Shown piece by piece: positions 15,530 to 27,112 of a stretch of DNA of 64,000 nucleotides. A program made the position numbers and the translations under genes. The notes under the pieces were generated by a model, which was not told the DNA's origin, did no database searches, and saw only the letters and a list, made by a program, of their open reading frames with translations. Each line of letters starts with the position of its first letter. Within the stretch, counting starts at the first letter, position 1. This DNA is from Saccostrea cucullata (taxonomy: Eukaryota). Location: positions 1-64,000 of the forward strand of contig NW_026940419.1 of NCBI RefSeq assembly GCF_032062105.1. Reading direction: 5' to 3'.

Positions 15530-18500
15530 AATGTAATTATGTTTGAATACCGGTATATACCGTACAACTCTCATTCTCTCTCTCTCTCTCTCTTTACATA
15601 AAACACATGGCTATCAAAGCTTTCATATTTTACATTAACCTGGTCAAAGGGATGTAAACCTCGTTACTCTCATTAAACAAATTGACAGAGAATAAATCCG
15701 AAAATATCTTAATTTACCATCGTTAATTGATGATTATTACGAATTCCTGACATTTGACATTTATATCTATTCCAAAATACATTACTAGAAAAAAAAATTA
15801 CGTTTTGGTGTAACAATATATCATGTTCAAATAACTTTTTCGACCATACTGCTGCGTTCAAACATACTGAGTAGTTTCCCTAACAAACTGAACAAGCCTC
15901 TATGATTACTCTTGAATAAAAGTAAGAATATTTTGACTCCAGTATTTTCACGGAATGATTTCAAAGTTTATATTGTTTTTCTAACTGAATCTTGTTACTT
16001 TGCGGGTTAGTCATTCTAATCGTTTTAAAGACACGAGCTGAGTACCAAGATACAAGCGAAATGGTGTATATTATCAGTCATTCATTATTTCTTTAGGTAT
16101 TTTAAGCTATCACACAAATAGTTGGAACATCCTGAAAATTTTACGATGGAATTTGATAAACGTGTTTCCAGAACTGCTGCTAACAGGCGGAAAAGTTGTT
16201 GCCATGAAATAACCTCGCAAACGTGGACTTAAATCATCTTGTAATGAAGGGCAATTGTGCAGAAAATTGCACCTTCAAAGTCAACCAGTATAGCTTAGTA
16301 GACGAAATATATATGCTTCGTTCACCAAAAGTTTGAAATAGCATGGCCAATGTTTACTTATCGAGGTAGAATGTTCACATGGAAAATCACTTAGGACGGT
16401 AAGCAGGAACGCCAGAAAACACTCGTCCTATTTTCTAGTGGCCTCTTCCGGGATTTCGCGATCCAAATAAACAAACTTTTCCTAATTAACTTTTCGGGAC
16501 AAAAACACTAAATCAAATCTACATATCTGTTGCTATCACTCATAAGAATGTAATTTAACAAAACTTCACGCTACTATGGGGAATACGAGTTTCATAAAAG
16601 TTTCTCGTTTTTTTCCCTTACACTTTTTTTTTTTTGCAACAAATGAAGTTAATTCAAACCATATTCATCCATGCAGATAATTTTTTTAAAGAAATTATTC
16701 AAGCTTTTAAAGTGACTTTTTAAGTTGTGTCAGTCTCAACTAAAATGATAAAATTTGTTTTGAAAGACAAAAAAAAAAAAAATAATTCACTTCTTTTTGT
16801 ATTTAATAAGAAGGTTAATAAAATCACCAGTATCATACATTAGTACAATATTTTGGAAAAATAAAATCGTATGAAATAAATCATTGAGGAATTTTGGTTC
16901 ATTTTATTTTATGAAATAATATCTTTCGTAAAATGTAATTATAGTAAGAAATCTTGAATCATTCTTGTGGATCAAATAAATTAACTAAGACATGAAACTT
17001 AAATAATAAATGTTGTGAAATGGCATAACAAATATTTTGTTAAATACCCTATTCTGGGGAATAAAATAACACGATAATAATATTTACACGATACAGTGCG
17101 GAAAGGATATACATTATATCACCCTTCCTCCAGCCTCCCCCCCCCCCCTACACAGACACACATAAATGAAAATTAATTTTACTTACCCTTTTGAATTCAA
17201 GTGTTTACATATCCTTTATCGAAAAAAAATGTAATTTTTCTATTTTTTTTAACAAAAGAAACAAAATGAAGGAAGTCTTGAAGAAACCGCGGGAAAGTTG
17301 ATCAGGCCTGCGACCTGTACGCCACCTCACCAAGTCCCTCAATGACCCGCCGAGTTTATCGGGCAAAAGTAAACGTTACGTTTCGTTGCAAACTCTCGTA
17401 TCTCATCTTACGGCATCTCTACAGGTAACGGGAGGGGTAGGAGAAATGAAATTTTTTTTATCATAGATAGGAAGCCCTGTTAGATAAGTAATGAATTTAC
17501 CTTGCCACATGCGGCTTAATTTTGATTTGGAATCAACTGATATGATGACCCTCTCTCTATTGTTGCAGATACGATCTTCCGCGCGACGCTAACTTGTGAT
17601 GGATTTTCTAATTTAACGAATACACCTAATATTAATTTTGTTCCTTTTCATCAAGACACAATATCCAATTGTACAAATAGTACCCCTTCAGTGACGTTTT
17701 GCGTTATCGTGAGCACTGGGTGGCCTTCTGGGACACCCCATGCAAATCAGTAGCCAGGGAGACTTGAAGGACCCACTTGTGGACAAAGAGAAATTAACAT
17801 CATCAGTTCTCTTCAAGACTGGATTGTAAATTTCACTTCTCAATAACGCCGCGAAACAGCTTTAAGTCACTCTTATTATATCATTGAAGAAAGTAACGAT
17901 TAACCAACACATAAAATATTTATATTGAACAAACAGTCGTAAGGAAAAGTTTAATATCATTTCACATTTTCCGTTATCCAAAATAATCTCCCACACTGCC
18001 ATTAACTCTTCAGATAATCTTTGGTTGCAAATCCAGAAAACTCAAGTAAAGTCGGTTTCCTGTAGACAAAGCAGTGATATATAAAAACCTTTTAACACTC
18101 AGAAGATTCCACTTCTAAGCCCTGGACTCGATCAAAATGTCATCTGCAACAGATCGCTTCAGCAAAAGTCTGGCTTTATAAAAAAATATATATATACGAA
18201 TTTATCAGTAAATGAACCATTAACAAATAATGCACATACGGCAAAGTAAGTTCCCCTGAGTGTCACTTCATTCTTTGGAAAGCAATTGGCAAAGACCTTC
18301 TTGGAGCAAGAATAAGAAGCTGCTGTAAACCTTGATGGCTCTCACTGACGGCAAGAAAGGGTTGTCCACATATGTTCCGTAGGTAATGACGTCTCAAGTA
18401 TGAAGACACACGGCTGTCTGTTCAATTTAGCGTTAAAAAAGAGGTGGTTTATAATTATTTTACTTCCGCACGAATGATAACATATGTATAACGATGTAAA

Positions 18501-19340
18501 CCTGCAGTTTGCCTGGATGCTTCCAAACTGGGGGACACTGGGTTTTTTGTTATATGTCGACAATGACTCCAATTTCTTTCAAATATTCTCGTTTCGAAAA
18601 GGTTTGTAATCTTTGGCCATTTTCTAAGGTGTGTGAATAAACTAATAAATTATTTTATCAGGATATTCGCGTCCGGTTCCTTGATTTTAACCAAAAGGGG
18701 CGTTCAAAGCAATGAATGGTTCTAAAAAAAAATAAATGTAAAATGTCATAAATATATGCATCAGGCAATTTTGATTGTGAAACATAGATTCTTGTTCACT
18801 GCATCACTGTAGTTTTCTTTCCCTGGTGTATAAGAGTAATCACAAGTTGATATCTTTCATAAATGCTTGACAGCAATAAGCTAAAAATATACGAAGCTCA
18901 TCCCAGCGTCCAATATAAAATGAACGAACCCTAGATTCTGACCCTTTGAACTGATGCCTATCTAAAGTAACACGAATCCATTCATCTATTGTATGCTAAT
19001 GTTTCATCGTTATCTCTCGCATAATTTGATAATGTGTCATTTAATTTCTTTAAGATTTTTATCCCCCTCAAAATATGAAAAACGTCGCAACTCACTCGGC
19101 AGTGAAAATCACGTGTGTCCCGATCTGGGAACAAAGATTATTTGAAATTAATATTTAATACAATGGCAGCGGAATCTCTCGCGACAAATTAACGAGATGA
19201 TCGTGATAGCGTTCTGTCCTCTCTGATTTTTTTATGCGGTAATAACCTGAAGGATGAGACCCAAGCACGCCATCTTAACCCAAAAAATCATTAATTTTTA
19301 CTGGAGGTCAATATATTTTTCTGCATGTGATGTCATTTAA

Positions 19341-19825
19341 GGTCAAGATCTAGTAAATGGAAGGTGCCTACAGATTTTTCAAATTTAAGAAATTAATTCA
19401 ATTAATGATGCTTTATAATATTAGCTTGGTCAAAATAGATGTTTCGGGGCATAATTTGTAGAAAAACAAGATGAAAAACCATATTTTAAACTGTCATTTT
19501 CAATAAAAAATTAAGAAAACCAGTATTGAAAATGGGAGTTTTTTCCATATCAGGCAAAGAAAATGTATCCTGATTGCCTACAGTTTTTCAGAAAACGGTT
19601 ATTTGTGTGTTCTTAGTCTCTACTTTAAAATACTGTCAAATTTAAGATAGGTATCGGGACTACTTTTCATGTGATTTCAGATTGAATTCCATGGAAGTAC
19701 TCTATTTTCTACATAATTCTATTAAAGCCGTAAAGTACGGGAAAAAGAAAGTTGAAAGTGATTATGACGTCATAATGGATTTAGCACTGAAAAGTTACTC
19801 TAAAGTCATTTACTAGATCTTGACC
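19341..19825. mobile_element. non-autonomous DNA transposon, Kolobok-type (TTAA TSD, GG...CC ends)
   Basis: Perfect 19-bp TIR GGTCAAGATCTAGTAAATG / CATTTACTAGATCTTGACC, flanked by TTAA at 19337-19340 and 19826-19829. No ORF. Confidence 0.8.
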
Positions 19826-21906
19826 TTAAAACCATCGATAATTGAATAAGATAATTTTTTGAAGAGATATGCTTCCCGTTGTGCATGCAAAAGGAATGTT
19901 TTTTTTGGGGGGGGGGGGTGTTAGAGGATTTGTTGAAAATCAAGATCTTGGTATTAAATCAGTAGAATCTGTCCCTTTTTTATAAAACAAAGCTTAGCTG
20001 TTCTATTTTTGTGTTATTTAAGATTTTGGCCTTCACAAAAAGTCATTGTAATGAATGAAACAAAATTCATATAAAAATTAACCCGAATGAATTCCTGGGC
20101 AGTATTGACCGTTTTGCCCGTTTCACTTATAAACACATATATCTGAAGTCAACAAGCCAGAGTGACACGGGAATAAATGATGGATATTAATCATGTTAAG
20201 GAGAATAAGATAGTGGTCAGTTCACGGACTTGGGTCAGTGTGCTTTATTGTAAATAACAAGTTCCGGTCATGAATAGGCCCAACTTTGTTACGATAAGGC
20301 CGTTGTAATTCCTTGGGGTTAATTAATCTTTGGTTGGAATGTAATATGACATTGTAGCAGTATTAAAAACAAGCAAACAAACAAACAAATAACAACTTTA
20401 ATTAAAAAATTTGCAAAAAGGGTATACAAACTATTCTGATTTCTTTTTCTAAATGTCGACAAGAATACTCAAAATTGATTACAGTATCAAACAAAAGTAT
20501 GCATGTTTACAAAAAAATTCTACTTTATATGCTTGCCCCCCTCCAGTAATAACGTCCGATGACTTTTTTCATTTCAGTACTGGTAATGTTATTTATTTTA
20601 GAAATTGCATTTATCCCCAAAAAAAATTTTTGTTTTCAAACTTTCAATATTTGTTTTGTTTTTTACAAAACGGAAAAATACCCAATCTATACACAAAAAA
20701 CCCAAAGTATTTCATTCAAATTGCTGAGAACACTGCCTTTGATTTCTAATAAGTCTATACTCTCTGGTTTTGAGCTTGCTTTTTTTGTGGATAGTTTTTG
20801 CCTTACCTTACTGAGAATCTATTGAAGTTCCTAGGACAAAATGATAACTATTTGTGAAAACTTTTCGTTTTTATTCATGCAAACCTGTCGTGTTTAGCTG
20901 TATTTTGACAACCCTATCAAGTGCTATGTTGCTTAATTGGCATGCATATCTATTTTCAACTGGACACACGTTGAAATGGAACAAATTTATCATCATGACA
21001 CCTTTTGTCCGTACATCGCCATACTCCCACCCGCAACATTTATAACAATGGCGATAGCCTCTGCCTTCATCCAGTTATTTAGGACAATTGTAACAGTTTC
21101 CAAGGTCTGCCCAAAATATTTAAATCTCGAAACTTCAAAACGTCCCAGTTTATGAAACTAATTTCGTTACCTAGTAACCGAAACATAACGTATAACCTGG
21201 ACCATGTTAGCTTAATCAATGTAAATTCTATCAAGGAAAAAAGTAAATGCATAGATTAAATGTTAAATACACAATTAATGTAATTAAAGTGTGTTAAATA
21301 CTTTTAAATCTTGTGATTGCAACGTTTATGATAGTACAGTAGAACTGATAGTCCAACATCTTATCGTGCAACCATATATACAGATAGAATCTAAATGATT
21401 TGTGTGCTTTTGTGATTTTTTTTATTTTCGATAAAATGTAGATTCTCGAAAACGGACCATGGAACGTTTTGATAAAACTTTGGTTCTTGCTTTAAACGCT
21501 ATATATTTAAACTGACCAACTATGTTTAGTTTCATTAGAACTTTGTTCTCTGATACTGTAATTTCGTACACAATTTTTGTTATTTCCAGTACATTATGGT
21601 GTACCATATGTATAAAATAAGAGATGGATCTTTAAGACCAGTAATTGTATGTTTTATCGCTCCATGGCTGTACTCAGAAGCCTTGCTTTCAGCTGATTGT
21701 TGTTTATAGAGACATTAGAAAATTAAGTAACACCTTCGAACCTACGCTGGAAAATAAAATCTGACAGATTTTCGGCAGACGGCCTAAGATTCAGAAATAA
21801 AACTCTTGTATAGTTGAATTATTAATGTAACGTTAATATTGAGAGGTCCACGTAATTGCGGAGATAAAGAATATTCCATGAAAAATGCTTTCATTTACCG
21901 GTAGTT

Positions 21907-21909
<3 letters not shown>

Positions 21910-21942
<33 letters not shown>

Positions 21943-22148
21943 AAAACTATAGCGTTATGGTTGAACATTTGTCTTTGACCATAAACATATAAAATCACAA
22001 CGCTGTACTTCTGCAGCAAGAGATAGAGAGAGAGAGAGAGCTGAAAACTACAGCGTTATGGTTTAATATTTGTCTTTGACCATAAATATATAAAATCACA
22101 ACGTTGTACTGCTGCAGCTAAGAGAGAGAGAGAGAGAAAGAGAGAGAG
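21910..22148. repeat. (GA)n microsatellites alternating with two copies of a ~76-bp unit (period about 101 bp)
   Basis: AAAACTA(T/C)AGCGTTATGG...CTGCAGC at about 21943 and 22044, each bounded by (GA)n. Confidence 0.85.
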
Positions 22149-23243
22149 TTTGTAACGTTCTTGCGAATAACTTAATTGTTTCGATTTCAATAATTAAATA
22201 ATGATTCATTCTTGATTTTTTTCCCTAAATCAATCATGCTTTCATTGCCAAAAAATACTAATTGTAAAATGTGGGAGATGAAAATTTTAAATAGGGCCTA
22301 ATCGGAAATGAAAAATTGAATATTTCAAAAAATTAATGAAATGAAATGCAGTCTAATAATTATTCATTTCATTACTTAATGCCCAGAGCAAGTTAAATAA
22401 GAGTGTTTGGAATAAAATTCCATTTTTTTCATTTTTAGGTCAATTTTACAAAAGAAGATTTTATTGAATTATTTATTTAATTTTTTTCTTTAAAAAATCG
22501 AGCCGGTAGGTAAAAAAAAGAAATATTTTCTTAACCGCCTGAAGTTGTTTTACAACATAAAAACGGACAATAGCCCTGTCTGAAGGACGCGACCTTTTAC
22601 GTCCTGGAAAAAGTTGTGGGTTCATTTCAATTGTTTTGGTGAATCTGGGATGGTTTACATTATAAATATATACTATGATCATAAAACAAATGGACGACTG
22701 CCAAACACAGCTTACGATGACAGACAAAGTAGAGCAGTTGATATTTTTGTTGTACAGGTGTCTATGTGGAGGCAAAACATTCAGATTAGTCCGATAGGGG
22801 TTCCCACAGCTAATCAGAGTTCAACGCCGGAAAAAGGTCCTCGATATTCTAATACAGCGTATAATTTTTAAAACAATGTTTAAAATTTTCTATTATATTT
22901 ACACGATTCGCGATCTGATCAGCATATAGAATATTTTTTTTACCAACCAGGCTGCTCCAAAAAGTGAGAATCAAGGAGGCTTTAGAGTTTTGGAGGTTTA
23001 AATGCAAAAAGAGATGAAAAACTGAAGAAACTGAGATAAATAATTACAGAGCAGCAACTGTTTCGACAATTGTTTCAGCCATCAATTCAAGTACCAGCCA
23101 TCTCCGACAGCTGCGCGAAACGTGCAGGATCCCGAAAATACAAATACTGCGGGGAGGAAAATTCCTGTGGATTATCAAATTGGGAGAAGATGGAATCTTA
23201 TTACTGATTTAATCGTTCATAATGATCTATAATAATCCGATGC

Positions 23244-23245
<2 letters not shown>

Positions 23246-23299
<54 letters not shown>
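23246..23299. repeat. (TC)n microsatellite
   Basis: Uninterrupted TC dinucleotide run. Confidence 0.95.
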
Positions 23300-23303
<4 letters not shown>

Positions 23304-24728
23304 GCTTTTCATGGTACTGTTTAAGAAAAGTAAGAATAAACAGACCCCTAGAAGACAGACTGGTATCTACATGGCTTAGTGATGAGAAATTAATTCTCTC
23401 AACTCTTTAGTATATACAGCTGTCTAAACAAATGGAAGATGCACGCTTGACGCAATACACGTGATAGTCAATCCAGCCAAACAAATATTTTAAATGAGAG
23501 AATCAAAGGAATTCTGTGTATCTAAATATTATTTTGAACTCGAGGGGCTCAATTTAAGATACAAATGGACTGATGCAAATGTTTAGCATTTTGTATGAAC
23601 CCAGCCTTCAGCAGATGAAAACACGTAAGGTTAGGTTGTCTAATGGTATCGAATCTGATTTTTAATTGTCACTTTAGGTCTTCAGATTATTTGATTACCG
23701 GTAGTAAGAAACGATTGCTCAGAGATTAAGTGTTGTGTGAGAGTGAGATTGTTTCATAAAATAGGCACGTACAGAGGCACAGCAATATTGGTTTCATGAA
23801 AATAAAGTACGCTACATATACGTTAATTTGTTAATATATAAAAGATCTTCATTTAAAATTCTTTTTAGTTTGAAATATTAAAAATCATCTTTACATTAAT
23901 TATACAATAGAATAGTTAAAATATAAAATTTCTGCAGTAAAGATATATAAAAATTGTTGTTGTTTTTTTTTTAAACTACAGCAATAGTAATTACTATACA
24001 TATATATACATTTATGATTATTTTCTTTTTTTATTTTTACTTTTTGATTATTTTCAAAAATCCAGGAAGTTGGGAAAAATTGATAAAGTTGACATGCAAC
24101 TCGGGAATAAATTATCAAATGTGCAGCTTATTTGCATTTAAAAACAGATGAAAACAGATGTACAATATGTTTCTCTTTATTTAAAAAAAACGTATAGTTT
24201 CAACCCCTGGGTTACTAGTATTAAAAAGTAATTTTATTATACATGTACATGTTTTTTTTTTTATTCAGACAAATAAGCGTATGTTTAACTGCACATGGAA
24301 GATTTTTCTCCTTCCGATATGCTCGTGTTGACGAGGAATCTGTTTAAATTTAGAATTGCATGTGCGTACATTTTTATCTTTTCAACGATTAGGAAATAAG
24401 AAAGTTGTATGTAAGTAGTCGAGAACTGTACATACAATGTTGTAGTAATCTATATTGTTTATCTTTTTCAATGTAAAAACGTTTTACGATCAGAGATAAA
24501 TGGGGCGTAATTTTAAAATTAAATTTCCCTCATATCTTTAAGTAACACTTTTTTTCGAAAGCGTCTTGAAAAAAAGGTCATAGCTAACATCTTATGAAAA
24601 AATCTCTTTATTCAAAATCACGTCATGTATTCTTTATTAAATCATAAACTGTTTTAAAAAGTTTTAATTTTTTATTTCAAGAATTGGAAGAACAAAATCG
24701 TATGTAAAACCAAGGATATATCAAGCCG

Positions 24729-26450
24729 TTACATTTTATATTTGACTCTCACAATATGGGCATCTGTTCTATTAAAGTATCTATGTTTGGATACACCTCC
24801 AACCCAGAGACATTCCGAAGAATCCACAGCGAGCGTGGTGGGAGATAACTTTGTATTGTAGTAAATGAACACATCGATAAAGCGCAAGAACTTCCCATCC
24901 TTAGAAAGCATATGAACGCACTGGTTAGTCACATCAGACATGAGGATACAGCCCTCTCCGTCAAAAGTTATGTCAGTCAAGTTACAAACCTGTCCTTCGT
25001 TTTGTTCCAGACCGTTGTACGTAAACCTCGTGGTTCCTTCCGAGTTCAGAACAACTAGCACTCCTTCAGCATCATCCACGTGATCTATGACGCCAATGTC
25101 ACCATTTATATTTTCTCCAACTCGGAACGGATACACAAAAATATCATGTCCCTCTGTGTCTTTTTCAATAATCTGGCGCGTAATACCGAAATTGGTTATT
25201 CGAGCAACTCGACGCTTTCCAGAAGGGTTCATTTCGTTTGGGTACGATTCGGCAAGGCAAAGCAAAATGTCTCTGTTTTTGGTTACCGCGATACCTAAAG
25301 CAACAAATGGTCGAGTATCATAAATCTTTTCAACTGAACCGTCCGTCTTTAGCATAAGGACTTCATTACTTCCATAGATGACCATGTACACATCGCCCTC
25401 TGGCGTGGCTGCCATGTTCAAAACACCAGATTTTCCAAAACCTCCACCGGGAACGAGATGTTCACATTCGTCAACTTCCAGAAGCTGTATGCCCCTGTGC
25501 TTATAATGTCCATGCCATGCAGCAAATGGCGAAACAGGACAAATGGAAGACACTTCCGGGAACCCAGTTGAAGACCTTGCTATTACTTCCGGTTCACATT
25601 CGACAACTTCTTCAAGATCCCCAAAGATATCGGAAATTGAGCAATTTCCATGCGTATTTAACATAAGTCTGTTAAAACTTGGAATTAACACTTCTGGTGT
25701 ACTTTCGATGTCATTTTCTAACATACGAGCGTACTTTATGTCTCCTACATCGTTTTCGCCCTCAATACGTTTCTCCCCTACAGACAAGGTTGACTTTAGA
25801 CGTGATATATGAAAATCTATAGACTTTCCTAGTGCGTCTATAACCTCGACATTTGCCTTGCCAGCATCAGCGAGACCAGACAATGTTGTTTGATAGTGCT
25901 TATCTAATTCCTTCCGAAGTTCCTCATATCTGTGCTTGACCGTTTCCTTTTTACCTTGAATGTCGTTTAGGACACTTTCTCTAGCCGTCGTCAGCCGCAT
26001 TTTTTTATCGGTAAGATATGGTAAGATACTGTTCTCGATTTCCTCTCGACTTCTCTCTGCCTCTTGACGTTTGAATGACGTAAGGATGTCATCAATCTCA
26101 ACGAAACGGTGTCCTTGATGATAATCTAAAATGCAAACTCGACAAACAAGACAGTCACATCCACGTGTTACACAGTAAAGTATACACAGTTCCCCGGAAT
26201 GTTCCTCGCATAGTTCATCGATGTCATCGCTTTCCGGATTAGAATCCTCGCGGGGTTGGTACGGCACGAGCGCTGTCAACTTCTCGGAGTCAGCGATGGT
26301 TATGATGTCATGGTCGCGAGACTGTCTGCTCTTTAAATGAATTCTGCTGCAGTTTTCACACATGAACTCGTCACACGTCAGACATTTTCTGCTGATTTCG
26401 TGCTGGCCCTCACATAAGTCACACGGTGCCGTGTTTATGCCTTCAGCCAT
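24729..26450 (-). CDS. RING-less TRIM-like protein: two B-boxes, coiled coil, NHL-type beta-propeller; 573 aa, coding region in one exon
   Basis: B-box1 CDLC...CLTCDEFMCENCSRIH...H. B-box2 CEEH...YC...CDCLVCRVCILDYHQGH. Heptad-rich helical middle. NHL-like blades (YPFRVGENINGDIGVID, LTDITFDGEGCILMSDVTNQCVHMLSKDGKFLRFI, PTTLAVDSSECLWVG). Confidence 0.92.
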   Translation of the reverse strand: MAEGINTAPCDLCEGQHEISRKCLTCDEFMCENCSRIHLKSRQSRDHDIITIADSEKLTALVPYQPREDSNPESDDIDELCEEHSGELCILYCVTRGCDCLVCRVCILDYHQGHRFVEIDDILTSFKRQEAERSREEIENSILPYLTDKKMRLTTARESVLNDIQGKKETVKHRYEELRKELDKHYQTTLSGLADAGKANVEVIDALGKSIDFHISRLKSTLSVGEKRIEGENDVGDIKYARMLENDIESTPEVLIPSFNRLMLNTHGNCSISDIFGDLEEVVECEPEVIARSSTGFPEVSSICPVSPFAAWHGHYKHRGIQLLEVDECEHLVPGGGFGKSGVLNMAATPEGDVYMVIYGSNEVLMLKTDGSVEKIYDTRPFVALGIAVTKNRDILLCLAESYPNEMNPSGKRRVARITNFGITRQIIEKDTEGHDIFVYPFRVGENINGDIGVIDHVDDAEGVLVVLNSEGTTRFTYNGLEQNEGQVCNLTDITFDGEGCILMSDVTNQCVHMLSKDGKFLRFIDVFIYYNTKLSPTTLAVDSSECLWVGGVSKHRYFNRTDAHIVRVKYKM

Positions 26451-27112
26451 TTTGTGACTTAATCACAGGTTTATGTCCATCACAAAACACGTACATATTC
26501 TTCCAAAACATTGAAAAAAGGTATGTTATACATGTTGAAAAAGAGTATTTTTAAATCATAAAGGACACAGATTACGTGTGCAAGTTTGCGCAGGCATTTA
26601 AATCAGCCTTCTCTTTGTTTGGTTGGTTACAACCTATGTCGTTAGATCGATCAATACAGAACGTTTGTTTGTTTAATTCGCTACCTTTAACATTTTTTCT
26701 TTCAATGATACATGTAGGCTGACCCGTCCAAATACTCTGAGTTCAGACTGTTTTGTATTTCTGTATATGCACTTCTTGAATGCATTTCACACCTCTGATG
26801 TTTAATTCAATTTCACTGATTATGTACCTCATAAAAATAAAAAGTACATATATATATATACTAGTAACCCGGTATATTTTCTTGATCATCAGACATAAAC
26901 TGATACATAAATAATACTAGTGTTCATTTTTGGATATTAACCAATCAGAGGCTAGAAAATAAACAAAATTGATTTACATTCTCAAAACACTAATGTTTAT
27001 TGTAACAAAAGATATATTTTTAATTCATTAAAAATTGATTTACATGTAAATGAAAGAGGCACATTGAATCCGCCGTGCATCGATCTGATCAACCGCTATC
27101 AGGATAAAAATT

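Noticed and set aside
17270-18630. GC-richer patches with splice-like signals (possible lncRNA or pseudogene)
   Set aside because: No consistent open frame or recognisable product could be assembled.
20900-21170. Cys/Trp-containing minus-strand segment faintly like a decayed C-type lectin exon
   Set aside because: Needs frameshifts and stop read-through, and no diagnostic motif is intact. It cannot be supported without a profile search.
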